Below are positions 23,915 to 37,920 of a DNA stretch of 64,000 nt, piece by piece. The DNA comes from Octopus sinensis (lineage: Eukaryota): positions 4,960,001-5,024,000 of the forward strand of contig NC_043013.1 in NCBI RefSeq assembly GCF_006345805.1, read 5' to 3'. Numbering within the stretch: position 1 is the stretch's first letter; each line of letters opens with the position of its first letter. Both the position numbers and the translations under genes were made by a program. The notes beneath the pieces are model-generated. The model ran no database searches. It saw only the letters and a list, made by a program, of their open reading frames with translations, and was not told where the DNA came from.

Positions 23915-25834
23915 GAGGCAAATAGTTAGAGGTAGTGAATGAATGAGAGAGGGAGAGGAAAGAGAGAGAGAGAGAAGCGGGTGGGATTGCTGTCATTGTA
24001 TTGACAAGAAAAAGGACATGTCCCCCCCCTCTCCTTCCTCTTCTGCCTCTTCTCCCTCCTCTTCTTCCTACCTGTTGTCGCAGCTACCGAAACATGTTAA
24101 GAAAACAACCAACAAAAACAACGAAAAACCGAAGGAAAAGAACCCCAAAAATTATTTAATAACCTATAAAGGTGAATGAGAACATTGACCTAGTTTCGGT
24201 GGTGTTGGTCGTGCGATCATGTTGGCGACGGCGGTGGGGCCGGTGGGGCCGGTGGTGGTTGTTGTTGTTGTTGTTTGGTGGTGGTGGTGGTGGTGGTGGT
24301 ATTGCTGTCCTTATTAAACCCAACAGTGGAGAATAATGGACACTTATTGCGTTGACAGATTGATTGATAGCAGTAGGAGGAGGAGGAGGAGAAGAAGAAG
24401 AAGAAGAAGAAGAAGAAGAAGAAGAAGAAGAAGAAGAAGAAGAAGAAAGGGAAGCTTATGAGATTGTTGATGATGATGATGATGATAGTGAGGGAGCGGA
24501 AGAAGAGGAGGACCCAAAAATAAGGAAGAAGAAAATGGAGAACAAGAAGAAGAAAGAAAAGGGAAAGGTGAAGAAAAGACTAAAGAAGAAAAGAAGAAAA
24601 GAAGAGAAGGAAATTTTTATTAGTCTCGTTTACATGCAAAACCCTCACAACACACTCACCTACAAACATTGTTTTGTCCATGTTTTTTTCATAATATAAA
24701 CCTTTATGGTTAATAAAGAAATTATTTATTTATTATTATTAATTATTATTATTATTATCATTATTATTAATAATCCCTCTGAGCAAATAAATCATTATCA
24801 TCATCAATTAATTAAACGTTAGGTACATTGGGACGGTCATTTTACGAATGAAAACACGCGTACTACTTATATATCACTTCTTTTTTATCATCATCATCAA
24901 TCAATCAATTAACAAATTTATCTAATTAACTAATCGATTATTTCATCAATCGTTCCACCAATTAGCCAGTTGGTTCAGCTGAAAGACTCTGATGAACCAA
25001 ATTATTGATTAAGTAATTAATAGATCAAATAATTGATAAATTAATTAATTAAGCGGTTAATTGATATTGCTGGCTACTACTTTAAGTACAAGGCCAGCAG
25101 TGTTATATTCAAGTGGTGAGTTCGCTGCAGCATTTCCGATAAGATGCTGGGGTTTTGTAAGGGTATTCATAAAAGGCTGTGACAAGGCTTGGAATCACTG
25201 CAGCAGAAAAGATGTGGTTGCAAGAGGAATATGTTCTATTAATGAAACCGGTGAGCAAACCACCGAAAAGCTTTGAACAAAAAGTCAAGAAGACCCCCCC
25301 TCCTCCTCCACTGGCTTGTGGCTGCTGAGATGCAAGCCGAGTTTTGATCAAGCGGCAGCTGGGTCAACAGGGCGAAGAGCCCGCTATTGAAAGGCGACAA
25401 ACTCCCATACGGCGCTAAGAACATTTCTTATGATGTATCTCAAAGCATTTATAGAGATGTATCTTACAACCTAAATAAAAAAATTTATGACTAATTGTGT
25501 TTATTTTACCTCGACAAACATTTACTGAGATTACAGATACTATGCATTACACAGTAAACAACCTATACTCTTGTATAATATTTCATTGCAATTTAGGATT
25601 AATTCTGCTTATTCTAACAACTGGTCAAATATTTATAGCGTGTTCTAATTTTAAGCTTTAACGTATGACAATTACAGCGAGGAAGACATATTAACCACTC
25701 AAAAACATACAAAGACTGTTCACTTCACTTAAATGTTTATTATTTCGTGTCAAATTTTTGACACCAAATAATAACTAAGTCTTTGTGTCTTTTTTTTTTT
25801 TTTTTTTGAATGGCTTATATGTGCCTTCCATAAG

Positions 25835-26470
25835 GGCGGTGAGCAAGCGGAATCGTTAACACGCCGGGCGAAATTCTTAGCGGTATTTCGTCTGCCGCTA
25901 CGTTCTGTGTTTAAATTCCGCCGAGGTCGACTTTGCCTTTCATCCTTTCGGAGTCGATAAATTAAGTACCAGTTACTCACTGGGGTCGATGTAATCGACT
26001 TAATCCGTTTGTCTGTCCTTGTTTGTCCTTTCTGTGTTTAGCCCCTTGTGGGTAGTAAAGAAATAGGTATTTCGTCTGTCTTTATGTTCTGAGTTCAAAT
26101 TCCGCCAAGGTCGACTTTGCCTTTCTTCCTTTCGGGGTCGACTTTGCCTTTCATCCTTTCGGGGTCGACTTTGCCTTTCATCCCTTCGGGGTATACTTTG
26201 CTTTCATCCGTACTGGAGTTGGTCTAATCGACTGGCCCCTTTCCCCAAAATTTCGGGTTTTGTGCTTAGAGAAGAATCGTTAGCACGCAGGGTAACATGC
26301 TTAGTGGCCTTTCTCTCTTAACGTTCTGAGTTCCAATTCCACTGAGGTTGACTTTGCCTCTCATCCCTTTGGGATCGATAAAATAGATAACAGTTGATCA
26401 CTGGGGTCCATGTAATCGAATTACCCCCTCTTCCAAATTGCTGGCCTTGAGCCTAAATTTGAAACCATTA
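25835..26470 (+). mobile_element. SINE group A composite cluster
   Basis: A head, a headless unit, a locally repeated GGTCGACTTTGCCTTTCATCCTTTCGG block and an older copy. Confidence 0.85.
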
Positions 26471-27653
26471 TGTACTTCCCACACTGTAATTGCTTTAATA
26501 CCACGTGGTCTTAGATAAAAACACTTGTTTGATAAGTGCACTTCCGTAATATATAAATAAAATTCCAACAAAAATTTCAACAAGGAAAATTTCTGATAGA
26601 CGAAAGTCCACCAAGGGTAATTCCGGGGAAACCCCCGACATAAAAGGCCCGGATTATTGAGCTTCGAAAAGGCCTTCATCCAGTTTCTTCTTACTTAGAA
26701 TGAAAAGCATATACAGGGTAGACCCATCCAAACTCACCAGTTTTCGCCCCTCTCATCCATCTTTCGATAAATACACTAGGAAACAGCACCCCACTCTCTC
26801 TCTCTACGTTCACCTTCCTCTTCTGGTGACACTTGAAGAATTTCATGCCTATATAGTGGTGGACAGATATAGACAGCCTCTTGGCCTCTTTACCCTTGAT
26901 CCAGCAGCACATCCAGGATATGACAACTGAAGGGTGAGTGGCTACGCAAACACCTAGATGGTACTTATTTGATTCTACGTAGACTGAAGCAAACGTGAAA
27001 TAAAGTGTCTTGCTCAAGAACATAGCGTAGTATCTACCAGTTCAGAAACCGAACCCCAAACCCTTTGATCATGATGATCATGAGCTGAACATCTTAACCA
27101 CTAAACTATGCGCCTTCACTGGAAGGAAGCATATTTGGTAAACAGCGTGCATGGTTAGTAGCAGAGCATTTAATAGGGAGGGTTCGGTTGTTCGCCGGCA
27201 AAGAGAAAACATTTCTTTTTTGGTTTCTTTCAGGATGTTTATCGTGAAATTCTTGTATATTGACTAAACACGTGTCAGTTAGTTTCACAGAGCTTGGGAC
27301 GTTGCAGCTGTTGTTAACACGTCGCATCTGTTGTTGTTTATATGCTGCATTTGGTTGCGATACGATGCATCTGTTGGTAAGTTTGTTTGTGCGAGATTAT
27401 ATTTGTAATTCTTGAAGGAGATTGTTGTTTTTCTCGAGTCCGAGGACTCCATAAAAGCCTGATATCCGGCTTCCATGGCGTGTATGTGACCGAGATCACA
27501 ACATTCCCTCTGGATAGGATGCTAGATCATGGCAGAGTTCAAGGTCAGCAGTTTTTGAGGGAGTGGGGTTCAAATTTGCTCGACTAAAGGCGGTGCTCCA
27601 GCATGGCCGCAGTCAAATGACTGAAACAATTGAAAGAGTAAAGATAAAGAGTA

Positions 27654-27816
27654 ATGTGGACGCTCTTACGCTAGAGATAGATCCGCAAGTGTCCCAACCA
27701 CTAAGAGTTCTCAAGAAAAATTTAGCACACCATGAACGTAAGCGAGCAGGACAAGAGAACAATCCTTAGTGGTTGGGACCCTTGCGGATCTATCTCTAGC
27801 GTAAGAGCGTCCACAT
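27654..27816. mobile_element. 163-bp fold-back MITE with 52-bp TIRs
   Basis: 27654-27705 is the reverse complement of 27765-27816 with one mismatch. Confidence 0.88.
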
Positions 27817-27841
27817 AGTGGATTCTCTCTCATATTTGTGT

Positions 27842-27940
27842 GTATTAATAATATTTACTGAATTTCAGTTCTTTATGCGCTAGACCACTGGTGTTAAATT
27901 GATGTTTTAAATTAATATCCATTTTTTCACCCTCATTTTT

Positions 27941-27946
<6 letters not shown>
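27842..27946 (+). repeat. Short (TA)n-adjacent dispersed repeat
   Basis: Reverse-complement homologue at about 53000-53122. Confidence 0.65.
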
Positions 27947-27995
<49 letters not shown>

Positions 27996-29322
27996 AGAGA
28001 GAGAGAGAGAGAAAGAGAGTGAGAGAGAGAGAGAGGGGGAGAGAGATAGGGAGATAGATGCATACATTCATACACGTAAAGGTAGGGTGGGTAGGGTTGT
28101 GAGTAGGACATATTTAAGCAAACATCATATCGACTGAAACCCGTTGAATAAAGTAAGAATAAAAGAAAGATACGTGAGATGCGTAGTTCCAGTTTATCAG
28201 AAAATGCAGGAATCTTCGGTTTTCGCAATGCCAATAAGGAGAAAGAGAGAGAGAGAATGCGAGAGAGAGAGGGAGGAGCTTTCATTGAGACGGTAAGAGC
28301 TTCGAGGAACTGCAGAGAGGAAAAACTCTTTTTGGTGGAGATGAGATTAAAGACAAGAATTTTCAGCTAAAATATTAAAACGGTCTTTATATTTCGTGTG
28401 TGGAAATACGCTCGGAATACGGCACGAAAGGAGAGTCGACCATAAATACCGAGTTGATTGTGGAACATGATAAAGATAAATAAATAAAATAAAAATCGAT
28501 CACGTGACTCAACTGATCTTTGATCTCTGTCTTTATTTTATCTCATTCGGATTAGTTGGATTCTATACAACCACGGCTTGTGCCTTGCTAATACAAATCC
28601 ATATCGCGGCTTGAATTCTGGGCGTTATTGATTTTTCTTATTTCGCCATCCAATGTCTCCACAGCGTCTTGGAATGGTTCCTTCTTTCTTTCAAGACAAA
28701 TATATTCAGTGCTGATACAAAAGATTTGTTCCTGAAGAAAACATTAACATACCATTACCAGCAAAATATCGATTGTTTTGTTTTTGTTTGTTTTTTTTTC
28801 TAGATCAATATTTTATTTATCTCGTTCGCGCTAGTTTGATGAATATAGGCTATTAATTAAATGTTGAATATTTCCCCGAAGTATTTCCACTCTGGATAAT
28901 TATTCTTGGGAGAGTGTGGTGTAGAAGTGGTAGCCTTAATTTCTTTCTCGCCATTACTAGTGACCTTATAAAGAGGGTTCTAATCACACCGTCATCTTGC
29001 CTCTGGCTACAAATCTTTTTATAATCTGCTTTTATTTGCTTCTGTTCCTGGATTGAGGCCAACTTGGAGCACAACCTCTGATAAATCGATTCCAGTATTT
29101 AAGAATTTTTTTTTTTTTGAAATCTGGTACCTACTCAAATATTCTTTTGTCGAACCGCTCGGCTATGTGACCGTAAACAAACGAACGTCGGTTGTAAAGC
29201 GGTGGGGTGGTGGCAAACACGGACATATAAAACACACAGAAACATATATACTATACACACGTGCACGCGCGCACACATGCACATATGCACACACACACAC
29301 CATATTTGTATATATGTATATG

Positions 29323-29392
<70 letters not shown>

Positions 29393-29632
29393 GTGTGTGT
29401 GTGTGTGTGTGTATGCATTTATATACTAGTGACCTCAATAAAGAGGGTTCTAATCAAACTAAGTTTGATTTGAAAACCCCACTAGAATGGGAGAAAGCGC
29501 TAATGATCTAAGTGATATGAATATATATATAAAAAAATGTAATATACAAAAAAATATCTGTAATATAAAACATCCGATCTTCTGAGTACCTCATTTCTCT
29601 AATATATAATACTGTACATCATCTCCAAACCT

Positions 29633-29698
<66 letters not shown>

Positions 29699-29732
29699 TA
29701 TATATATATATATTATATATATCATCATATAT

Positions 29733-29768
<36 letters not shown>

Positions 29769-30381
29769 ATACATCTGTTTCTTTTGTACACACCTGTCTT
29801 CGTCTTTTTGCTTTTTTTTTTCGTAAACTTTCCCTACACACACACACACACACACACACCACACACACCACACATATATATATATATATTATCCACACGA
29901 TGGGATTCGACACAGTTTTCACCTACGAAATTCCCTCACAGGTTGTCTTGTTTGCCAATCTGAAACCTATGTAAAAAGATGATGTTGATTCAAGAGGTTT
30001 GTTAAGGAGGAAAGTAAACGAACACCACAACTGGTCTTTCTCGGACTACAAGACACCACCATCGCCATTCCGGTTTGAACTGGTGCACATCTTGTGTTTC
30101 TTGCTGAAACGTTTGCTAAGAACAGTGGATCCGGGAACGGTTTTGCCGCACACTGATTGTAATTAGGATCAGAATTGCTCATTCCCTACTCTTTCCTACG
30201 TAAAGTTAAATAAATAGATAAATAAATATTTCGTTTTGGGATTTGGTTTGCAAGATTCTTTATGTGAGTTCGTGTGTTGAAGCATATTCTGTTGTGTCTT
30301 GGGAGAGTCATTCTCCTTTAGAGCCTTATAAATAAATATGCCTTCTTTGCTTTGAAAAGATGATTCTATTTCCAATAGTAA

Positions 30382-30543
30382 GTGCAGGCGTGGCATCATG
30401 GTTAAAAGGCTAACTTTGAAACAACGTGGTTTTGGATTCAGTTCCAATGCGCGGTACCTTGAGCAAGTGTCTTCTAATATGGTTCCTGGCAGGCTGACCA
30501 ATGATTTATGAGTTAATTCGGTACACGGAAACTGGAAGCCCGA

Positions 30544-30577
<34 letters not shown>

Positions 30578-30939
30578 TATATTATATATATATATATATA
30601 TTATATATTATTTCTTTCAGTCATTTGACTGAGGCCATGCTGAAGCAATGCCTTTAGTCGAACAGATCGACCCCAGGACTTATTCTGTCAGTCTCTTTTG
30701 CCAGCCGCTAAGTTACAGGGTCATAAACACACCAACATCAGTTGTCAAGCGATGGTGGTGGGAGAAACACAGACAAACAAACATATATATATATATATGA
30801 CGGGCTTCTTTCAGTTTCCGTCTACCAAATCCACTCGCAAGGCTTTGGTCGGCCCGAGGCTATAGTAGAAGACACTTGCCCAATCTGCCACGCAGTGGGA
30901 CTGAACCCGAGCTACTTACCACATAGTCACTCCTGCGCC
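30382..30939. mobile_element. Two SINE group B copies in inverted orientation (30382-30545 +, 30613-30939 -)
   Basis: Homology to group B. Confidence 0.8.
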
Positions 30940-31121
30940 TATATATAAACATTGGGCTGGCCGGATCTAAGCGATATCAGGATTAATCAGCCGAAATCTG
31001 TTAGGACGATCCGGTTCCTGACTGAAGATTAGAGGCTTCGAATGACCCGTCTGTTCTTTGTGTCGTCTCTTTGTGTTTTTGTCCCGTTTTGTATTTTTAT
31101 ATATAATCTAATACATTTATG

Positions 31122-31206
<85 letters not shown>

Positions 31207-32167
31207 ATATGTATGTATGTATATATAATACATGTATATATATGGTGTGGTGTGTTTCTTTATGCGTATGTGTCTGTGTTTGTCACACCTCTCGACCGCC
31301 TGACATCCGGTGCTGGTTTGTTTACGTACCCTTAACTTAGCACCTCAGTAAAAGAAACTGACAGAACAAGTACCCGACTTTAAAAGAGAGAGAAAAAAAA
31401 GGCAAGCAAAGGCGTAAGTACTGCGGTGGAATTGTTCGACCAAACCCTTTATGGCGGTACTCTAGCATGGCTGCAATCCAATGACTGAAAAACCCTAAAA
31501 ACTAAAAGATCTCAGACAACCGTTTCTCTGAGAATTTTTTCTCTCTGTCTCCTCTGCCTGTCTGTCTGTCTGTCTCTTTTAGCAAAACAAACATTCTCCA
31601 TCTTAAAACATTATTAATGTAACCCCCTCAAAGATCACCCAGTTTTCGTGTTTAATTTTGTAATGCTTCTTTCCATTTTGCTTTTATTCCAGAATGTTCT
31701 TCTTACACGAAGCTGTGCTGCGCGTGTTGGTTAGAATCGGCTTTGAATTCCACATTGCTTCCATGTTGGCGAATTACATGAAGAGATTGTGAAAGACATC
31801 ACGTAGAAACATATTTTGCGTGGTTATGGCAAAGTTTGGAAATCTGTGACGAAATTGATATGGAATGGTTGTTATTGATGTGTATAGGTTTTCTTTCATG
31901 GCATTTACCAATCATGAGGAAATGGTGTTTATTGATGAGGGGACAGAGGGAGATAAAGAAATAGAAGACTAGAGAGAGGGAGGAAGGAGAGAGAAAAAGA
32001 AGAGAGAGGCAAAGAAAGGAATGGAGAAAAGAGAAAAAGGGTATAGGGAAGGTGTGGGAAGAGAAAGAGTGGATGGAGAAAGGAAATCAATAACAAGATT
32101 GAAGAGAGAGAGAGAGAAAAGGGAGAGAGAGAATAAGAGAGAGATAGAGAAAAGAGAGATCGCGAAG

Positions 32168-32198
<31 letters not shown>

Positions 32199-32794
32199 AG
32201 AGAAAAAGAAAAGGATAGAGAAAGAGGGAGAGAGGGAAAGAGAAACAATTGAGGGGGAAAGTGAGAAAGGAGAGAGAAAATAGAAAGCAAGAGAGAGAGA
32301 GAGAAAGAGAGGGAGAAACGGGACAGAGAAATGATGGGAGTGGGGAGAGAAAGAGAGAAAGGTGAGAGGAAATAGAAAGTAAAGGAGATAATAAGGGAGA
32401 GAGCAAAAGAAAGGGAGAGAGAGTGAGAGAGAGAAAAAGAAAGAAAGAAGAAAGAAGAAGAAAGAAATAAGAAAGAAAGAAAGAAAGAAAGAAGGAATTG
32501 AGATTTTTTGAAAAGAAAAATAGAATCAATAAACTTTGTTAAATAAACAAAAAACAAACCGCAATAAAACAAATATTAATTTAAAAAAAGACAATCTTTG
32601 GAAATGGTTTCCTGTGGGAAAATAGCGGGAAAATTAGTATTTGGCACGAGTCTGGCTTTATCCCAAGTCGTCAATCAGTCACGAGTTCTTTTAATGCAAA
32701 ACTTGACGTTAAGCAGCGTTGAAAACCATTTTTTTCTTTATTTTTAATTACTGTTAATTTTTATTTTATTTTATCTAATTATACTTCAGAGTAT

Positions 32795-33056
32795 CTTTTA
32801 TCTTTTGCTTGTTTCAGTCATTTGACTGTGGCCATGCTGGGGCACTGCCTTTAGCCGAGCAAATCGACCCCAGGACTTATTCTATCGGTCGTTTTTGCCG
32901 AACCGATAAGTTACGGAGACATAAACACACCGACATCGTTTGTCAAGCGACACACATACACACACACACATGTATGTATGTATGTATGTATGTATGTATG
33001 TATGTATGTATGTATGTATGTATGTATGTATGTATGTATGTATGTATGTATGTATG

Positions 33057-33095
<39 letters not shown>

Positions 33096-33270
33096 ATATA
33101 TATATATATAATATATATATATACGATGGGCTTCTTTCACTTTCCTTCTACCAAATCCACTCACAAGTCTATAGCAGAAGATACTTGCCCAAGGCGCCAC
33201 GCAGTGGGATTGAAACCTGAACCATATGGTTGGTAAGCAAGCTACTTACCACCTAGCCACTCCTGTGCCT
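32795..33270 (-). mobile_element. SINE group B with expanded internal microsatellite
   Basis: Homology to group B. Confidence 0.85.
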
Positions 33271-33448
33271 GTATATACGTACATATGTATGTAAGGCGGC
33301 GTACTGCAGCGAGTACACATCGCAGCATCTGGATATTATAATCTCGTTGTACGAATCTGGTTTTTAGCAAAATTACGTTTTGACATCTCTTTCCCAATTT
33401 ACTTATCTTCGTGTACTATTTTTCATTTCCTCTTCACTCCTACCGTCT

Positions 33449-33495
<47 letters not shown>

Positions 33496-33654
33496 ACACA
33501 CACGCACACACATTCCTTTTATTTGATTCGGTCCCTCTTCCTTTTTGTGTCTTGGTTCTTTACAAGTTAGTATGTTACGTGTCATTTTCTTTTAATTTCA
33601 AGAAGTGTTTTGGAGAAATGCTATATTATATATATATATATTCTTTTATACTCT

Positions 33655-34045
33655 AAGTACAAGGCCCGAATTGTTTTTGGGTGGGGAGGGCGCCAGTCGA
33701 TAAGATCGACTCCAGTACGCAACTGGTACTTAATTTATCGACCCCGAAAGGATGAAAGGCAAAGTCGACCTCGGCGGAATTTGAACTCGGAATGTAACGG
33801 CAGACGAAATACCTATTTCTTTATTACCCACAAGGGGCTAAACACAGAGGACAAACAAGGACAGACAAACGGATTAAGTCGATTATATCGACCCCAGAGT
33901 GTAACTGGTACTTATTAAATCGACCCCGAATGGATGAAAGGTTAAAGTCGACCTCGGCGGAATTTGAACTCAGAACGTAGCGGCAGACGAAATACGGCTA
34001 CGCATTTCGCCTGGCGCGCTAACGACTCTGCCAGCTCGCCGCCTT
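33655..34045 (-). mobile_element. SINE group A dimer with two different tails
   Basis: One head and two bodies. Confidence 0.85.
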
Positions 34046-34109
34046 TCTTTTACAAAAATATTGACAGGAATTTCGTACTTTCGGCCTTCGCCAGTCTGTC
34101 TGTCTGTAT

Positions 34110-34149
<40 letters not shown>

Positions 34150-34834
34150 TGAGTGTGAGAGATACCGTGTATGTGTCTGTCTATGTGTATATTTGGGTGT
34201 GTCTGTAATTGTTAATGATGTAAATACCAGTGTCAAAACCGACAAATCATTGATTTTCGAACGAAATCTTTGACGACAGTTGTTCTGCACCGATTTATAC
34301 TCACTCCCTTGCCGCTCTCACCGTCAGGCATTCGCGGAACCATAGCTCCAGCGCCTTTGCGAACCCCACTACACCCCTATAAAAATAAATAAATAAATAA
34401 TCCGATATAAAATAAACAAATAAGTGAAACTGGATATAAAATATGTATATACATAAAGCATGACTGATCGATCAATCAATCAATCGATTATCTCCAAATA
34501 AACTGAGGTGTCATTTCTCTGTCTATTACTCATATCGTTATATTGTTCATCATTTATTTTTACCTGGGCACACCTTTTCTTAAGTACCTTCCCGTGTGCT
34601 GCCCCTTACAAATTGATTTCAAATATCCGTAACAGGTGTCTTTGCTGTAAAAGATATTACATATTATCTTATCGACGTCTCAGTTTTCATTCGTAATCAA
34701 AGCATGACGTATTTGTAGTGGTGTAGCATGGGCGGGACCATAGGAGAGGGGTTTTTGTAAGGGGTTTAGTGCGCAAAACATTGAGGAGCGCAACATTACA
34801 AACTAAAATAAATGGGTAATATTACTTTCAGATT

Positions 34835-35735
34835 TTGGCACAAGGCCAGCAATTTCGGGGGTGGGGAGGGTAGGTCGATTGCATCGACCCCTTCACTCGA
34901 CTGGTATTTATTTTATCGACGCCGAAAGGAAGACAGGCAAAGTCGGCCTCGGCGGGATTTGAACTCAGAACGTAAATACGGACGAAATGTCGCTAAGCAT
35001 TTTGTCCGGCATGCTAATGAATCTGTTAGGTCGCCGCCCTATAAAAGTATAGCATTGGTTTCAAATTTTAGTACAAGACAAATAATTTTAGGGGGGAAGG
35101 GGCTAAGTCGAGAACATCGAGACCAGTGTTCAAAGTCAGCCCAGCGGAATCCGAACTCAGAGTGTAAAGCATTTTGCCCGACGTGCTAACAATTCTGCCA
35201 GCTTGCCGCCCTATAGATGTCTAATATTCATTTCTTTATTGCCCACAGGGAGCTAAACATAGAGGGGAAAAACAAGGACAGACAAAGGGATTAAGTCGAT
35301 TACATCGACCCCAGTGCGTAACTGGTACTTAATAAATCGACCCCGAAAGGATGAAAGGCAAAGTCGACCTCGGCGGAATTTGAACTCAGAACGTAGCGGC
35401 AGACGAAGTACCATTAAGCACTTCGCCCGGAGTGCTAACGTTTCTGCTAGCTCGCCGCCTTATACATGTGTAATATTTACAAAAAAAAAAAACGAAACAA
35501 AACAAAAATTCTCCACCCTTCCCCCGAGAGTTTTCTGGTCCTGGGCGCAGGTAATCCACGCCACGTCACTGTTTCCAGCTCTTTACGTTCTGAGTTCAAA
35601 TTCTGCCGAGATCGACTTTGCCATCCATCTTATCGGGGACGATGAAATAAATATCAGTGAAACACTAGGGTCGATATAATCGATTAATCCCCGCTTCCAC
35701 CAAAATTTCAGGCCTTGTGCCTATAGCAGAAAGCA
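34835..35735. mobile_element. Cluster of SINE group A copies on both strands
   Basis: Homology to group A. Confidence 0.8.
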
Positions 35736-36414
35736 TCATCATCGGCATCATCATCATCGTCATCAGTTTTGTCACGAAACAAGCCAATCAAAAAAGATTG
35801 AGTCTTTTAAATCGTTTGCTTTCTTTTTTTTTTTTTTTTTTGAAGCCATATTTGTTAATTCTCCTCTAACCGTCGTCATGTTTTGTAAGGAATTTCCTAA
35901 TTGGAAAAACATTGCTTGTAAGCGGTGTTAATTGGACTCAACCGAGCAAATACGAAACAAAACAACGTTTAACAATCAAGTAAAACTCCGACAGTTGAGA
36001 GCTAAATGGTCTGTAAGATTTCGTGCGTACGTGTATGTGTTTGTATGCATGCGTATGAGTGCGCGTACCTGTGTGTGTTTTGTGTACGACGTATAATCAA
36101 CGACCCAAAACTTCTTAATTATACACCTGTTAATAAAGTATGAAAACTAAATTAATGTCACTTTAAAAGAAACCAAACAATAAAAATATCGCTTTGTTGT
36201 TGTTCAAAGTGATAGGTTTAGAGTTTTAATGTGTGTGTCGAACCAACGTTTGTTTTGATTTCTCATCAGTGTGCACCCACGAATTATCAAAGTTTAACAG
36301 ACATCGGCACGCATTAGTAACTAATTTGTTGGCTGGTTTCTATAAACAAGAGCTCGTGTTCTTGTTAGATGCATCGGTCCGGTGGAGAGCTACGATTGTG
36401 GAGACACACAACAG

Positions 36415-36718
36415 CCCTAACCCTAACCCTACCCTAACCCTAAACCTACCCTAACCCTAACACTACCCTAACCGTAACCTTACCCTAACCCTAACCCTAA
36501 CCTTACATTAACCCTACCCTAACCCTAACCCTAACCCTAACATACCCTCACCCTAACCCTAACCCCAACCCAACCCTACCCTAACCCTAACCCTAACCCT
36601 AACCCAAACCCTAACCCTAACGTAACCCTAATCCTAACTCTAACCCTAACTCTAACCTTAAACCCTAACCCTAACCCTAACCCAAGTCCTAACCCTAACC
36701 CTATTCCTAACGCTAACC
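36415..36718. repeat. Interstitial telomeric repeat (CCCTAA)n, degenerate
   Basis: About 50 hexamer units seen directly. Confidence 0.95.
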
Positions 36719-36938
36719 TGATGAATCGCGTGTGGGTGTGAACGCTCATCATCTAAACCAAACCAGGGTCCATATTGTCCTTGGAGATCTATATAAGTTC
36801 TTTAGAGGTCAACGCTAGTAAAATAGTAAAGTGTGGGTCCACAGTAATATTTTAAGGGTGAAAGGGAAAATTTTGCTTTACATTTATTTATCGCAAGGAA
36901 CATCTAAGTTGTTTCTCTAGCATTTTATATAGTTCAAG

Positions 36939-37328
36939 GTGGAGGCGCAATGGCCCAGTGGTTAGGGCAGCGGACTCGCGGTCATAGGATCGCGGTTGCG
37001 ATTCCCAGAACCGGGTTGTTTGTGAGTGTTTATTGAGCGAAAACACCTAAAAGCTCCACGAGGCTCCGGCAGGGATGGTGGTGATCCTGCTGCACTCTTC
37101 ACCACAACTTTCTCTCACTCTTACTTCCTGTTTCTGTTGTACCTGTATTTCAAAGGGCCAGCCTTGTCACACTCTGTGTCACGCTGAATATCCCCAAGAA
37201 CTACGTTAAGGGTACACGTGTCTGTGGAGTGCTCAGCCACTTACACGTTAATTTCACGAGCAGGCTGTTCCGTTGATTCGGATCAACCGGAACCCTCGTC
37301 GTCGTAACCGACGGAGTGCTTCCATCCC
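36939..37328 (+). mobile_element. SINE group C full-length, inserted into an older hAT-like MITE (about 36765-37513)
   Basis: TSD ATATAGTTCAAG at 36927-36938 and 37329-37340; A and B boxes present. Confidence 0.9.
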
Positions 37329-37887
37329 ATATAGTTCAAGATGTTTCCCACCACTGAAACATGTCCTCAGAGAGAATGCTATGTAAACCTACACAAAATG
37401 GACGGGTGACAAACGAAATAGGAATTTTGAAAGAAGTAGCTATAAAATTAGTTTTTAAACATGGGGGCCACCAGAATAAAACTGTAATCAGGTAAAAATG
37501 GTTGAGAGCCACTGGTCGAAATGGAAGAGATATTCACGTTCGAATATGCCAGAACATATTAAGAATGGATACATACACTGTTATTTGGATTTTCCACTGT
37601 TCTGTATGCATTCATGAATTATTAGACATCGGAACGGACCGACAAATAATTTGTTGTATGATTTCTTAAACAAGAGCTCGTACCCCTGCCCTTCAACGGC
37701 CCGAGGGAGTAGCTTCGACTGAAGAGACAAACAAAGAGGACGAAACGCTGCAGTATTATGAAGTCCCCTTACACCAGTGAATCACGTGTTGTGAATACAC
37801 AACGTGTAAAGGGGAGGGTATTCTCCGATGATGAAAAACGACTCACATTCGAATCTGATAAAACATATTGAGAATGAATAGATACGT

Positions 37888-37920
<33 letters not shown>

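Noticed and set aside
24364-24699. Acidic/basic ORF (poly-E, poly-D, K-rich)
   Set aside because: Built from (GAA)n and (GAT)n microsatellites, with no domain or splice support.
24972-25002. GAAA and CTGATGA within a small hairpin
   Set aside because: Only 4 nt separate the boxes, leaving no room for stems I and III.
36415-36718. True chromosome end
   Set aside because: Short, degenerate and flanked by ordinary sequence on both sides.
36939-37015. tRNA gene
   Set aside because: It is the tRNA-derived head of a multi-copy SINE bounded by a TSD; no bona fide tRNA gene was identified in the window.
37715-37760. CTGAAGA...GAAAC...GTA hammerhead-like string
   Set aside because: Stems I and II do not pair convincingly, and the homologue at about 36395 lacks the core.
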